A DNA stretch of 64,000 nucleotides from Pseudomonadales bacterium (GTDB taxonomy: Bacteria > Patescibacteriota > Microgenomatia > UBA1400 > PJMF01), in assembly GCA_020632265.1 (NCBI GenBank), contig JACKFW010000001.1:599272-663271 (forward strand), written 5' to 3'. Position 1 is the first letter of the stretch; every line of letters starts with the position of its first letter. Made by a program: the position numbers and the translations under genes. The notes under the pieces were generated by a model that was given only the letters and a program-made list of their open reading frames with translations, did no database searches and was not told the origin of the DNA. Positions 20,896 through 30,535 of this stretch are shown in pieces.

Positions 20896-21367
20896 CTTGA
20901 CATTCTACCAAAGATTTCATTGAATTGCTCAATTGCATTAATTTATTACCAGCCTCATCTAATGAAATAATATTATCATCATTCACATAATAATGAAAAA
21001 CTCTATTTCTGCATTGTAACCAAGTTTCCCAAAGATCTCGAGCCAATTCCACTCCGCAAATTTGTTCAAGATCATCAAAAAGCCAATACTTATCTCGCTG
21101 ATTTTCGTGCACATCGGGATTTAATGCTTTACCAATGCGAAATCTTTTCCCTTCATAAGTCTTGATATCAATTATTCTTAAATCTAGAAAACTTGTCTTT
21201 AAAAAGCCTTCATAAGCTTTAGACATTGGAAAAACAATAAAAGAATAATCCTCGAGATCTGATTTTAATTCATACTCTCTCTCATATAAATCAACGGCAG
21301 TGCGAACCAGGCGCCTGTGTCTGTCGTTCATAAATGAAAACCAACTATTATCTAAGATATGTCTCAT
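20852..21367 (-). CDS. HEPN-like protein with an Rx4HxY motif (RNRVFHYY), putative RNase or toxin component, 171 aa.
   Basis: A C-terminal R-N-x3-H-x-Y matches the HepT/DUF86-type HEPN active-site signature. Gene end abuts or overlaps the Cmk-like gene. Confidence 0.35.
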   Translation of the reverse strand: MRHILDNSWFSFMNDRHRRLVRTAVDLYEREYELKSDLEDYSFIVFPMSKAYEGFLKTSFLDLRIIDIKTYEGKRFRIGKALNPDVHENQRDKYWLFDDLEQICGVELARDLWETWLQCRNRVFHYYVNDDNIISLDEAGNKLMQLSNSMKSLVECQVDFGNTQANSNISK

Positions 21368-21423
21368 GTTTGATTTATTTTTGGTACACTAGACAGTATA
21401 CTTCAAAATAAAAATTTAAAAAC

Positions 21424-23919
21424 ATGAAACGTAAAAAAAATAAACTCAAGGTCAAAGATATTAAGAGATCAAAGAAAGTCAGATCGGTCCTTTCTGGTAA
21501 AAATAACTCAACAAAATCTTCATCACTAATCCAAAAAATTAATTTTCAAAAAATAATTAAGCAATTTAATTTAAAACTATTATCAAAAACTATTGATTCA
21601 ACAAAATTTCAAAAAATATTTCTTAACAAATCGACTCTGAAAATTTTTGGCAAGAAAAAGAAAGATAAGAAATTTATTAAAGTTATTATAATACTGTTGC
21701 TTCTCTTATTCTCAGCTTCTGTTTTCGGACTAATTTATTTGCTCAAAGATATTCCATCGCCTCGAAGATTAACAAGTTCTGACAACTACTCGGTAAGTAC
21801 TCAAATCTTTGACCGCAACAACAAGTTACTTTACGAAATTTTTGCAGATGAAAATAGAACCCCAATAAAACTTAAATCTTTACCCGATTATGTTTTCCAG
21901 GCTTCAGTGGCAATTGAAGATAAAAATTTTTATAATCACTTTGGTTTTGATATTTTTGGGATTATTCGCGCACTCAAAACTAATATTACTGGAGGAAGAT
22001 TAGAAGGTGGATCGACGATCACTCAACAATTAGTTAAAAATGCACTCTTAACTAGAGAAAGGTCATTACAACGAAAAGTTAAAGAGGGAGTTTTAGCCAT
22101 TTTCACTGAAATTCTTTATACAAAAGATGAAATTTTAGAAATGTATCTTAACTATATTTCCTATGGTGGAACATCTGTGGGAATTGAAGCTGCGGCCAAT
22201 AGCTATTTTGATAAAAGCGCCAACGAATTAACACTTGCAGAGGCAGCGTTACTTGCAGGATTACCTCAAGCCCCAAGTAGATACTCTCCTTTTGGATCTG
22301 ATCCTCAAGCTGCAAAAATTCGCCAAACCGAAGTACTAAGAAGAATGGTTGAGGACAAATATATTACCCAAGAAGAAGCAGATAGTGCACAAAAAGAGGT
22401 ACTTAACTATGCTCTTTCCAAAACTGACATTAGCGCTCCTCACTTTGTCTTTTATGTCAGGGACCTACTTTACGAAGAATATGGAGTGGAAACAGTTGAA
22501 AAAGGTGGTCTTAGAGTTACTACAACCCTTGATCTTGACTTACAAAACACCGCTCAGGCTTCTTTGTCAGCAGAAATCAAAAAACTCGAAAATTATCGAG
22601 TAGGCAATGGGGCAGCTTTAATTGTTAAACCAGACACTGGTGAAATATTAAGCATGATTGGTTCAAAAGATTACTTTAATTCAACAGACGAAGGACAAGT
22701 CAATGTTACTATTGCCGATCGACAGCCTGGGTCTTCGATTAAACCAATAATGTATGCTACAGCATTTCAAGAAAAGGTTTTAAATCCTGGAACAATTTTG
22801 ATTGATTCTCCAACTTGTTTTCTGTCACCAGGACAAAGACCATATTGTCCAAAAAATTATGATGGTTCGTTCAAAGGCCCAGTCACAATTCGATCTTCTA
22901 TTGGCAATTCTCTTAATATTCCAGCAGTAAAAGCACTAAAAATTTTAGGAGTTGAAAATTTTATAAAACAAGCAAATAAAATGGGCATTACCTCTTGGAC
23001 TGATCCTTCTAGATATGGGCTCTCGTTAACCCTAGGTGGCGGTGAAGTTAAAATGATCAACTTAGCTCAGGCATTTGCGGTTTTGGCAAATGAAGGAGTC
23101 AAAACTCCATTCACCCCATTTTTAAAAATTGAAAATTATAAAGGTGAAATTCTACAAGAAATTGACATTGAGAAAAGAAAAAAAGATTTGAAAGTTTTAA
23201 CTGAATTTGATGGTGAAACTGAATTAGGCGATCTTTCTAGAGTGATGGATAGAGCTCCAGCGTATATGACTAGCCATATTATGCAAGACAATAATGCTAG
23301 AGTTCAAGCGTTTGGACCTCGGTCAGAATTAGTTATTCCTGGCAAAATAGTTAGTGCGAAAACTGGAACCACCAATGATCTTAAGGATAACTGGACTGTT
23401 GGATTCACTCCAGAATATCTGGTAATTACCTGGGTGGGAAATAATAACAACACGCCAATGAACAGAAATGTTGTTTCTGGAGTAACTGGAGCAGCTCCAA
23501 TCTTTAATGATATTATGAGTTATATTTTGAAGGATATTGATTATGATTGGCAAACAAAACCAGAGGACGTAATTATGGCCGGAGTTTGTGCCAATGGTTT
23601 TCCTCCTGAAAAATCAGGAAATAACTGTGCTATTACTTCATCGGATTTTTACTGGGAAGCTTCGAAGCCATCAAGCTCTGAAAAAATTACCAAAGAAGTA
23701 TGGATCGATCCCACCACAGGATTACCTCCAAAATATGGGGAACAAACTGAGGGCCTGGTACTTGAAAATCATACAATATATATTGATCCAGTCACGAGAG
23801 TTTATTGCGTAGATTGTAATAGACCCACCACTGAAGACGGAAAAATTATTTATGAACAAAATACAGTGGAAGATAACTTTTTGATTCAGTATGACGAAAA
23901 CAAAATTATTAGCTATTAA
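21424..23919 (+). CDS. Class A penicillin-binding protein (GT51 transglycosylase plus transpeptidase), 831 aa.
   Basis: EDKNFYNHFGFD, GGSTITQQLVKN and RKVKE (GT51 motifs). SSIK, SLN and KTGT (transpeptidase motifs). Confidence 0.85.
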   Translation: MKRKKNKLKVKDIKRSKKVRSVLSGKNNSTKSSSLIQKINFQKIIKQFNLKLLSKTIDSTKFQKIFLNKSTLKIFGKKKKDKKFIKVIIILLLLLFSASVFGLIYLLKDIPSPRRLTSSDNYSVSTQIFDRNNKLLYEIFADENRTPIKLKSLPDYVFQASVAIEDKNFYNHFGFDIFGIIRALKTNITGGRLEGGSTITQQLVKNALLTRERSLQRKVKEGVLAIFTEILYTKDEILEMYLNYISYGGTSVGIEAAANSYFDKSANELTLAEAALLAGLPQAPSRYSPFGSDPQAAKIRQTEVLRRMVEDKYITQEEADSAQKEVLNYALSKTDISAPHFVFYVRDLLYEEYGVETVEKGGLRVTTTLDLDLQNTAQASLSAEIKKLENYRVGNGAALIVKPDTGEILSMIGSKDYFNSTDEGQVNVTIADRQPGSSIKPIMYATAFQEKVLNPGTILIDSPTCFLSPGQRPYCPKNYDGSFKGPVTIRSSIGNSLNIPAVKALKILGVENFIKQANKMGITSWTDPSRYGLSLTLGGGEVKMINLAQAFAVLANEGVKTPFTPFLKIENYKGEILQEIDIEKRKKDLKVLTEFDGETELGDLSRVMDRAPAYMTSHIMQDNNARVQAFGPRSELVIPGKIVSAKTGTTNDLKDNWTVGFTPEYLVITWVGNNNNTPMNRNVVSGVTGAAPIFNDIMSYILKDIDYDWQTKPEDVIMAGVCANGFPPEKSGNNCAITSSDFYWEASKPSSSEKITKEVWIDPTTGLPPKYGEQTEGLVLENHTIYIDPVTRVYCVDCNRPTTEDGKIIYEQNTVEDNFLIQYDENKIISY

Positions 23920-25211
23920 TGTCTAAAAAAATCTTTATCAAATCAAATGTTCAAATGTTGGGGTTATTTGGAAAAAAAAGTAATTCAAACATAAAATGGT
24001 TTCAGAAAAATAAGCTCAAAATTAAAATTGCACTTCTTATTTTTGTCACATTTTTTTCAACAGTAGCAATTTTTTTATGGAAATTCTGGGACATCCCTTT
24101 AATCTCTCCAATCGATTCTCTCACAACATTTATGTTTTTATCAAAATCGCAACTTCCTAGAAATAATGAAAAGATAGTTTATGGCTTTTTACCTTATTGG
24201 AACATCAACAAATTTTCAATACAAAAAGAACTTACTCATCTTGGGTATTTCTCGTTAACTATTGATGCTAATGGCAATTTTGTTTCAGATTACCAGGGAG
24301 AAATTGACATGGGTTTGCGCCGACTAAATTCTGATGAATTTATCGACATTAGCAATGATTTAACCAAGAATAATAAAAAAATTGAATTAGTTATTTCTCA
24401 GTTCAATTATGATGATATTACATATTTCTTAAATTCAAAAACTTCTCAAGAAAATTTCTTACAATCACTTGATAATGCATTCTTAGCATATCCATTTTCT
24501 GGAATAAATATTGATATTGAAACCTCGGGAACAACGAATGAAAAGATGAGACAAAATCTGACTACTTTTCTTTTGTTACTAAGACAACATCTAGATAATA
24601 AATATGATCATGTCCAATTAAGTATTGATATGTATGCCGGCGCTGCTGCCAACCAACAATTGTGGAATGTCAAAGATATTGCTCCCTTGGTTGATTATAT
24701 TGTGGTGATGGCATATGATTTTCATCGCAGTAGCTCTTCAAATGCAGGTCCAGTTGCCCCTCTATTTGGCGGTAAAGATTTATGGGACGGCGACATCAAT
24801 CATTACTTACAAGCATTTTTGGAAATTGTACCTTCAGAAAAAATCCTACTTGGAATACCTTTCTATGGATATGAATGGCAAACCACATCTAGAGATGCTC
24901 AATCACACACTTTTCCTGATACTGGCAACACTGCTAGTTATCAACGAGTAACAGAATTACTTGAGGAATCCGAAAAATTACAGGTTGAAGAGCATTGGAA
25001 TGAAGATGCATTATCCCCTTATATTTCATATAAAGAAGATGGTGAAATATTTGTAATATATTATGAAGATAGCAGATCGATTTCTTATAAACTTGATTAT
25101 GTTAATCAACTAGATCTCGGTGGAGTTGCCATTTGGGCACTCGGATACGAAGGCAACTCTCGAGAACTTTGGGATGTGATTGAAAGAAAAATTAATATCA
25201 AAGTTGAATAA
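23919..25211 (+). CDS. Glycoside hydrolase family 18-like protein (chitinase / spore-cortex-lytic-like), probably a peptidoglycan or glycan hydrolase. 430 aa, with an N-terminal TM helix.
   Basis: GINIDIE aligns with the DxxDxDxE catalytic box; the terminal D and E are conserved. VVMAYDFH matches the GH18 MxYD motif. Start overlaps the PBP stop. Confidence 0.6.
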   Translation: MSKKIFIKSNVQMLGLFGKKSNSNIKWFQKNKLKIKIALLIFVTFFSTVAIFLWKFWDIPLISPIDSLTTFMFLSKSQLPRNNEKIVYGFLPYWNINKFSIQKELTHLGYFSLTIDANGNFVSDYQGEIDMGLRRLNSDEFIDISNDLTKNNKKIELVISQFNYDDITYFLNSKTSQENFLQSLDNAFLAYPFSGINIDIETSGTTNEKMRQNLTTFLLLLRQHLDNKYDHVQLSIDMYAGAAANQQLWNVKDIAPLVDYIVVMAYDFHRSSSSNAGPVAPLFGGKDLWDGDINHYLQAFLEIVPSEKILLGIPFYGYEWQTTSRDAQSHTFPDTGNTASYQRVTELLEESEKLQVEEHWNEDALSPYISYKEDGEIFVIYYEDSRSISYKLDYVNQLDLGGVAIWALGYEGNSRELWDVIERKINIKVE

Positions 25212-25311
25212 TATTATTATATATCATTTTGCTTTACATCTTAAATTATTTATATATAATGTCATTATTCAGAAAAATATTAAATAATACACAAATAAAA
25301 CTCTAAATAAT

Positions 25312-26262
25312 ATGATTAACAACATAGAAGATGCAATGCAACCTTGGGCAGATTATGCTTCACTGAATCAAGCTCATGTACAAGACTATCCCAATAAAAA
25401 TAGTGATCAAGAACAGTCAATTGAAGAAGATGCAGATACTACTCAAGATTGGAAAAAAGGAGGATCTGAAGAAAGGCAATTCACTAGTGAAAATTCAGTA
25501 AGATTAGCAAATGAGCGTTCATTCAATTCATTGTTGGATAGTGCAACCCAAAGACAACAAATTTTAGATTTATGGAGCGCTGTTATTTCTCCAGATGAAA
25601 CAAATTCAAAGAAAAAAACTAGATATCAAATTCTCACTGGAGCTAATGATAATAAACAAGAAGAGTTCTCAAAGCTTGTTGCTAAAAAACTAGAGACTTT
25701 TGAAAGCCAAGACAAATCAAGTAAACCTTATATAGATCAAATCAGACAAATGGCTTCAGCAGAAGAAATAGATCATCAAATGGAACTTATTCTGCCTGCT
25801 ATAGAAGATTTAGTAAATATAAAAAAAATGAGAACGGAAAATTTACAAGAAATCAAGCAAGAAGCTTTAGATAGGAAAAAGCAATTAATAAGGATTGAGA
25901 TAGAAAGAGAATCAAGATTGAAGCACTATGAATTAACGAAATTAATAAAGGAAGCTACTTATGTTCAAGAGGTTAATGAATGTCTAAAAGAAGCAAGGAA
26001 GTTGAAAAAAAGTGGTCACTTATCTATAAATCATTTTATAGATATTATTAAGATCGCCCAGTCAAAAATAAACAGATTTAGTGATAGCAATTCGTTTGAT
26101 TTACGTAATGAATTAGAAGAAGCTTTAAATTTGGCGGATGACATGGAAACGATTAATTATTGGGTAGCACGTGCAAAAGAACTTCATGCGAATGGCTTGC
26201 TACATAGAATAGATTTAACTATATTTTTAAATAAAGTGACCAGTTACAAAAATAGTGTATGA
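25312..26262 (+). CDS. Hypothetical acidic coiled-coil protein, 316 aa.
   Basis: Complete ORF between the two PBP paralogs. Confidence 0.45.
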   Translation: MINNIEDAMQPWADYASLNQAHVQDYPNKNSDQEQSIEEDADTTQDWKKGGSEERQFTSENSVRLANERSFNSLLDSATQRQQILDLWSAVISPDETNSKKKTRYQILTGANDNKQEEFSKLVAKKLETFESQDKSSKPYIDQIRQMASAEEIDHQMELILPAIEDLVNIKKMRTENLQEIKQEALDRKKQLIRIEIERESRLKHYELTKLIKEATYVQEVNECLKEARKLKKSGHLSINHFIDIIKIAQSKINRFSDSNSFDLRNELEEALNLADDMETINYWVARAKELHANGLLHRIDLTIFLNKVTSYKNSV

Positions 26263-26425
26263 AAAACTCTTAATTTAGGAAATAATCCTAATTTCAATTC
26301 ATAATACAAAAGTTATTTTTCTTAACAATTCTCTTAATTAATTTGTTTCAGACTATAAATACATCCAATTGTATCAAGTAGTTTAGTGTGTTATTATCCA
26401 AAATCGGACTAAATATTTCGAACTA

Positions 26426-28768
26426 TTGATGGAAAAAATTACCCTCACCCACTACAATCAAAAAACTAAAAAAGAATATTTAGAGAAATATCTACTTTCA
26501 TATGCAAAAAAACAAAAAATAAATCAAAAGTTGGAGCAAAAAAAATTAGAAAAATTAAAAAAGTTTCCAAAGCTATACATATTAAGCAATAAATTTCAAA
26601 AGCAGCAAAAAAAAATTAGAAAAACGCTGCAATTTCAAAAAAGAAAAATTAAAAAATCAAATATATATCAACTTTTAGCTGATATATTTATCTCTTTTAA
26701 ACTAACTTTTAAAAATTACTCGATTCATTCGGTTGCAGCAATTCTAATAAGTTTGCTAATTTTTTCCGGTACATACTGGACCTATGATCAAATTTTCAAA
26801 GACTTACCTTCTCCCTATGATTTAACCAAAAAAGAACAAAGTGTTTCTACCAAAATCCTAGATAGGAATGGGGAAATTTTGTATAGAATTTATGAAGATG
26901 AAAATCGCACAATTATACCTTTGTCAGAGATTCCAAAAAATTTGATTAACGCTACTATCGCGATAGAAGATAAAGATTTTTATAATCATCACGGATTTTC
27001 AATCCGTGGCATTTCAAGAGCAATCATTTCAAATATTAAAGGTGAAGATCTACAAGGAGGTTCAACCCTTACGCAACAATTGGTAAAAAATCGTCTACTT
27101 TCTTCAAAGAGAACTTTCAGTCGAAAATTTAAAGAATTACTGCTCGCAATTTTAGTTGAAGGAGTTTATACGAAAGATGAAATTATTGAAATGTATTTAA
27201 ACCAAGTTGCATACGGTGGATCAACCTATGGTATTGAAGAGGCTGCGCAAAAATATTTTGACAAATCTGCTAATAAATTATCACTTGCTGAAAGCGCCAT
27301 GCTCGCTGGTCTTCCTGCCGCTCCATCTGTGTATACTCCGTTTGGGGCAAATCCGGAATTAGCCTTAAATCGACAAGAAGAAGTTCTTAGAAGAATGGTT
27401 GAGGATGGTTATATTTTAGAATCATCGGCAGAAAAGGCAAAAAAGCAAGATTTAGTTTTTAATACCAGTAAAATTGAAATTGAGGCTCCACATTTTGTCA
27501 TGTATGTAAAAAAAATTCTTGCCCAACAGTATGGTGAAGACATATTAAATAATGGTGGTTTGGAAGTTAAAACAAGCCTAGATTTAGATACTCAAAAAAA
27601 AGTTGAAAAAATAGTTTATGACGAAATTCAAAGTTTACAAAAACTCAGAGTCGGCAATGGAGCTGCTATGGTCACTAATCCACAAACTGGTGAAATACTG
27701 GCAATGGTTGGAAGTGCAGACTACTTTGACTTCGAAAATGATGGTCAGGTAAATGTAACTTTAAGACCAAGACAGCCCGGAAGTTCTATCAAACCAATCA
27801 ACTACGCTCTTTCACTTTCAAATGGAAAAACCCCTAGCACAATCATTAACGATAGTTCTATCACATACCACACTTTAGGATCAAAACCTTACACTCCCAA
27901 AAATTATGATGGAAAATATCATGGCAATGTCACAATTAGAGAAGCCCTGGCATCCTCGTACAATATTCCTGCAGTAAAATCTTTAGCTGAAAATGGAGTA
28001 AGTAATATGCTTGATTTAGGTGAAGAAATGGGTATATCTACCTGGAAAGATAGATCAAGATTTGGTTTATCATTAACTCTTGGTGGTGGTGAAGTAACTA
28101 TGTTAGATATGACAGAAGTCTATGGAACTTTTGCCACAGGTGGCTGGCACGTTACCACCAACCCAATTTTAGAAGTTAAAGATTATAAAGGAAACATTTA
28201 TTATCAAAACAAATGTGCACTTGAAAACAAAGATTGTAAAGAATCACAAGTACTCAGCGAAGATGTTGCTTTTTTAATTTCAGATATCTTATCTGACAAT
28301 GAAGCCAGAACTCCCGCATTTGGACCAATTTCGACTTTAAATATTCCCAATCAACAAGTTGCAGTAAAAACTGGAACAACCAATAATCTAAGAGATAATT
28401 GGACCTTTGGATACACCACCAACAGATTAGTGTCGGTTTGGGTAGGAAATAATAACAATACGCCAATGAGTTATGTTGCATCTGGAATTACTGGCGCCTC
28501 TCCAATATGGAATAAGATTATGAGGACTCAACTCAGCGATCTGTTTCCACATAGATTTCAAGTGCCAACGAATGTTGTCAAACTTCCTATCTGTATTACT
28601 TCGGGCACACTCCCTTGCACTGGATGTCCTAAAGTTAGGGAAGAATATTTTATCAAAGGAACAGAACCAAAAACTAAATGCACAATAATAGCTGATCCAA
28701 ATAAGATGCCAAGCAGAAAACCTGATTCTAATCAAAGAGGTCAAATATTAAATGGAATAAGTTTCTAA
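26426..28768 (+). CDS. Class A penicillin-binding protein paralog (GT51 plus transpeptidase), 780 aa.
   Basis: IEDKDFYNHHGFS, GGSTLTQQLVKN, SSIK and KTGTTNN motifs. Confidence 0.85.
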   Translation: MMEKITLTHYNQKTKKEYLEKYLLSYAKKQKINQKLEQKKLEKLKKFPKLYILSNKFQKQQKKIRKTLQFQKRKIKKSNIYQLLADIFISFKLTFKNYSIHSVAAILISLLIFSGTYWTYDQIFKDLPSPYDLTKKEQSVSTKILDRNGEILYRIYEDENRTIIPLSEIPKNLINATIAIEDKDFYNHHGFSIRGISRAIISNIKGEDLQGGSTLTQQLVKNRLLSSKRTFSRKFKELLLAILVEGVYTKDEIIEMYLNQVAYGGSTYGIEEAAQKYFDKSANKLSLAESAMLAGLPAAPSVYTPFGANPELALNRQEEVLRRMVEDGYILESSAEKAKKQDLVFNTSKIEIEAPHFVMYVKKILAQQYGEDILNNGGLEVKTSLDLDTQKKVEKIVYDEIQSLQKLRVGNGAAMVTNPQTGEILAMVGSADYFDFENDGQVNVTLRPRQPGSSIKPINYALSLSNGKTPSTIINDSSITYHTLGSKPYTPKNYDGKYHGNVTIREALASSYNIPAVKSLAENGVSNMLDLGEEMGISTWKDRSRFGLSLTLGGGEVTMLDMTEVYGTFATGGWHVTTNPILEVKDYKGNIYYQNKCALENKDCKESQVLSEDVAFLISDILSDNEARTPAFGPISTLNIPNQQVAVKTGTTNNLRDNWTFGYTTNRLVSVWVGNNNNTPMSYVASGITGASPIWNKIMRTQLSDLFPHRFQVPTNVVKLPICITSGTLPCTGCPKVREEYFIKGTEPKTKCTIIADPNKMPSRKPDSNQRGQILNGISF

Positions 28769-28773
28769 TTCAA

Positions 28774-28998
28774 TTAATTTCTACTAAAACGACTGACTAA
28801 GAATGAAATAATTATTGTAATAATTAGTAAAATTGGAGCTACTAATTTCTCAATTTGCTGTTGTTTTTTTTTCTTTTCTTTAAGAAGCTTTTTTTCTAAA
28901 CGCTCTCTTTGTTTTTCATGCTTATCTTCCTCAATTCTTTGAGTCTTTTTAATTAACTCTTCATTAGAATAATCTGCTGAGGAATGTCTTTTCTTCAT
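28774..28998 (-). CDS. Small basic protein with a C-terminal TM helix, 74 aa, translationally coupled to cmk.
   Basis: ATGA overlap with the cmk stop. KR-rich N-terminal part, hydrophobic C-terminus. Confidence 0.35.
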   Translation of the reverse strand: MKKRHSSADYSNEELIKKTQRIEEDKHEKQRERLEKKLLKEKKKKQQQIEKLVAPILLIITIIISFLVSRFSRN

Positions 28999-29705
28999 AA
29001 TCGCACATCTCTCATAACTGTAGCTTTCGCAACTATTAAATCAACAACCTGTCTAATTGATAAATCCGTAGTATCTACTATCCAAGCATCATCAACTATT
29101 TTTAAAGGATCATTTTGTCTTTCAGAATCGAGTTTATCACGACTTATCAAGTCCAAATATACTTGATTAAAAGAAATATCTACTCCTCGACTTTGTAACT
29201 GAATATGTCGACGATTAGCTCGAACAAAATCTTTACCAGTCAAATATATTTTAAGATTTGCATTGGGCAAGACTCTATAGGTAATATCTCTACCCTCCAT
29301 AACAACGTTTTGATTGGCAGCTATATGTTGCTGTTTTTCAACAAGTACTAGTCTAACAGACATAATTTGTGCTACTTTTGAAGCACCATTTCCCACTTCT
29401 TCGCTCCTAATTTTCCATGAAACATCTTTGTCGTCAACAATCACCGTGGTAAGACGACCATCTTTTTCGAAATCAATAGGATTACGCATTTGAATATCAG
29501 CGTTTCTAATCAAATTTACAATTTTTTCTTCATCATGAAAATCTACTTTGTTTTGAAGAGCTAATAACGATGCAACTCGATACATTGCTCCCGTATCAAC
29601 ATACAAAAAACCTAATCTATCTGCTACTAATCTAGAAACAGTTCCTTTTCCAGCAGCCACAGGACCATCGATCGCAATATGAAATAATTTTTCTTCGCTA
29701 CTCAT
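28995..29705 (-). CDS. cmk: Cytidylate kinase, 236 aa.
   Basis: IAIDGPVAAGKGTVSRLVA P-loop and Cmk-like overall layout. Confidence 0.85.
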   Translation of the reverse strand: MSSEEKLFHIAIDGPVAAGKGTVSRLVADRLGFLYVDTGAMYRVASLLALQNKVDFHDEEKIVNLIRNADIQMRNPIDFEKDGRLTTVIVDDKDVSWKIRSEEVGNGASKVAQIMSVRLVLVEKQQHIAANQNVVMEGRDITYRVLPNANLKIYLTGKDFVRANRRHIQLQSRGVDISFNQVYLDLISRDKLDSERQNDPLKIVDDAWIVDTTDLSIRQVVDLIVAKATVMRDVRL

Positions 29706-29729
29706 AAGTAAATTTATTGTATACCTATA

Positions 29730-29984
29730 TTATTTTTTAGCTTTTCGAGTAGTTTTGCTTGAATTTTTGCTTGAAGTTTTTCTTTTAGCTTTTTGTGAAA
29801 TTGGTTTTGCGGAAGTAGTTTCCCATTCATCACTATCAGATGTAAGTAATCCACCCAAACCAACAACTATTAAAACTATTGGCCAAAGATTCCAAAATGC
29901 TCTTGGCAAATATCCGAGGTTAGAAGCCAGGAAGATCAAACCCATTGTTACCAGTGCAGCAGGCCAAAAAACTTTTTTAGGCAT
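29730..29984 (-). CDS. Small two-TM membrane protein with a lysine/serine-rich tail, 84 aa.
   Basis: Complete ORF upstream of cmk. Confidence 0.4.
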   Translation of the reverse strand: MPKKVFWPAALVTMGLIFLASNLGYLPRAFWNLWPIVLIVVGLGGLLTSDSDEWETTSAKPISQKAKRKTSSKNSSKTTRKAKK

Positions 29985-30068
29985 AAGTGATACTCCTTTA
30001 AATAATAAAAAACTATTATCTATATTAAAAATGAAATTTATACAAATGTCGAGGGTATGTTTATTAAA

Positions 30069-30512
30069 TTATCTCAATGACTTTATTTCTTTAGCAACTT
30101 CTCGATCAAGAGTTCTTTTTTTCATTTTTGCCCTTTTATCGAATAATTTTAATCCACGGCCTACTCCAATTTTTAATTTTATATTTTTCCCTACCAATTC
30201 AAAACTTAATGGAATAAGCGAACGACTTTTTTGATCCAACTCAACTTTTAAAAATTCAATTTCTTTTTTTCTTAACAACAATTTCCTAGTTCTCTTAGAA
30301 TCATAATTTTCGTTATCAGCAAACTTATAAGGAGTGATCTGCATATTGATCAAAAACACTTCGTTTGAAATAACCTTAACATAACTACCCTTAAAACTTC
30401 CACTTTTGTTTCTAAGACTCTTAACTTCAGGGCCCGTCAACTCAACCCCAGCCACATAAGTTTTTTCAATGGCGTAATCATGGACGGCTCGTTTGTTTTT
30501 GAGTAACAACAT
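30069..30512 (-). CDS. smpB: SsrA-binding protein SmpB, 147 aa.
   Basis: N-terminal KNKRAVHDYAIEKTYVAGVELTGPEVKSLR is the typical SmpB signature. Confidence 0.85.
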   Translation of the reverse strand: MLLLKNKRAVHDYAIEKTYVAGVELTGPEVKSLRNKSGSFKGSYVKVISNEVFLINMQITPYKFADNENYDSKRTRKLLLRKKEIEFLKVELDQKSRSLIPLSFELVGKNIKLKIGVGRGLKLFDKRAKMKKRTLDREVAKEIKSLR

Positions 30513-30535
30513 GAAGATATTATAACAAGGATAAA

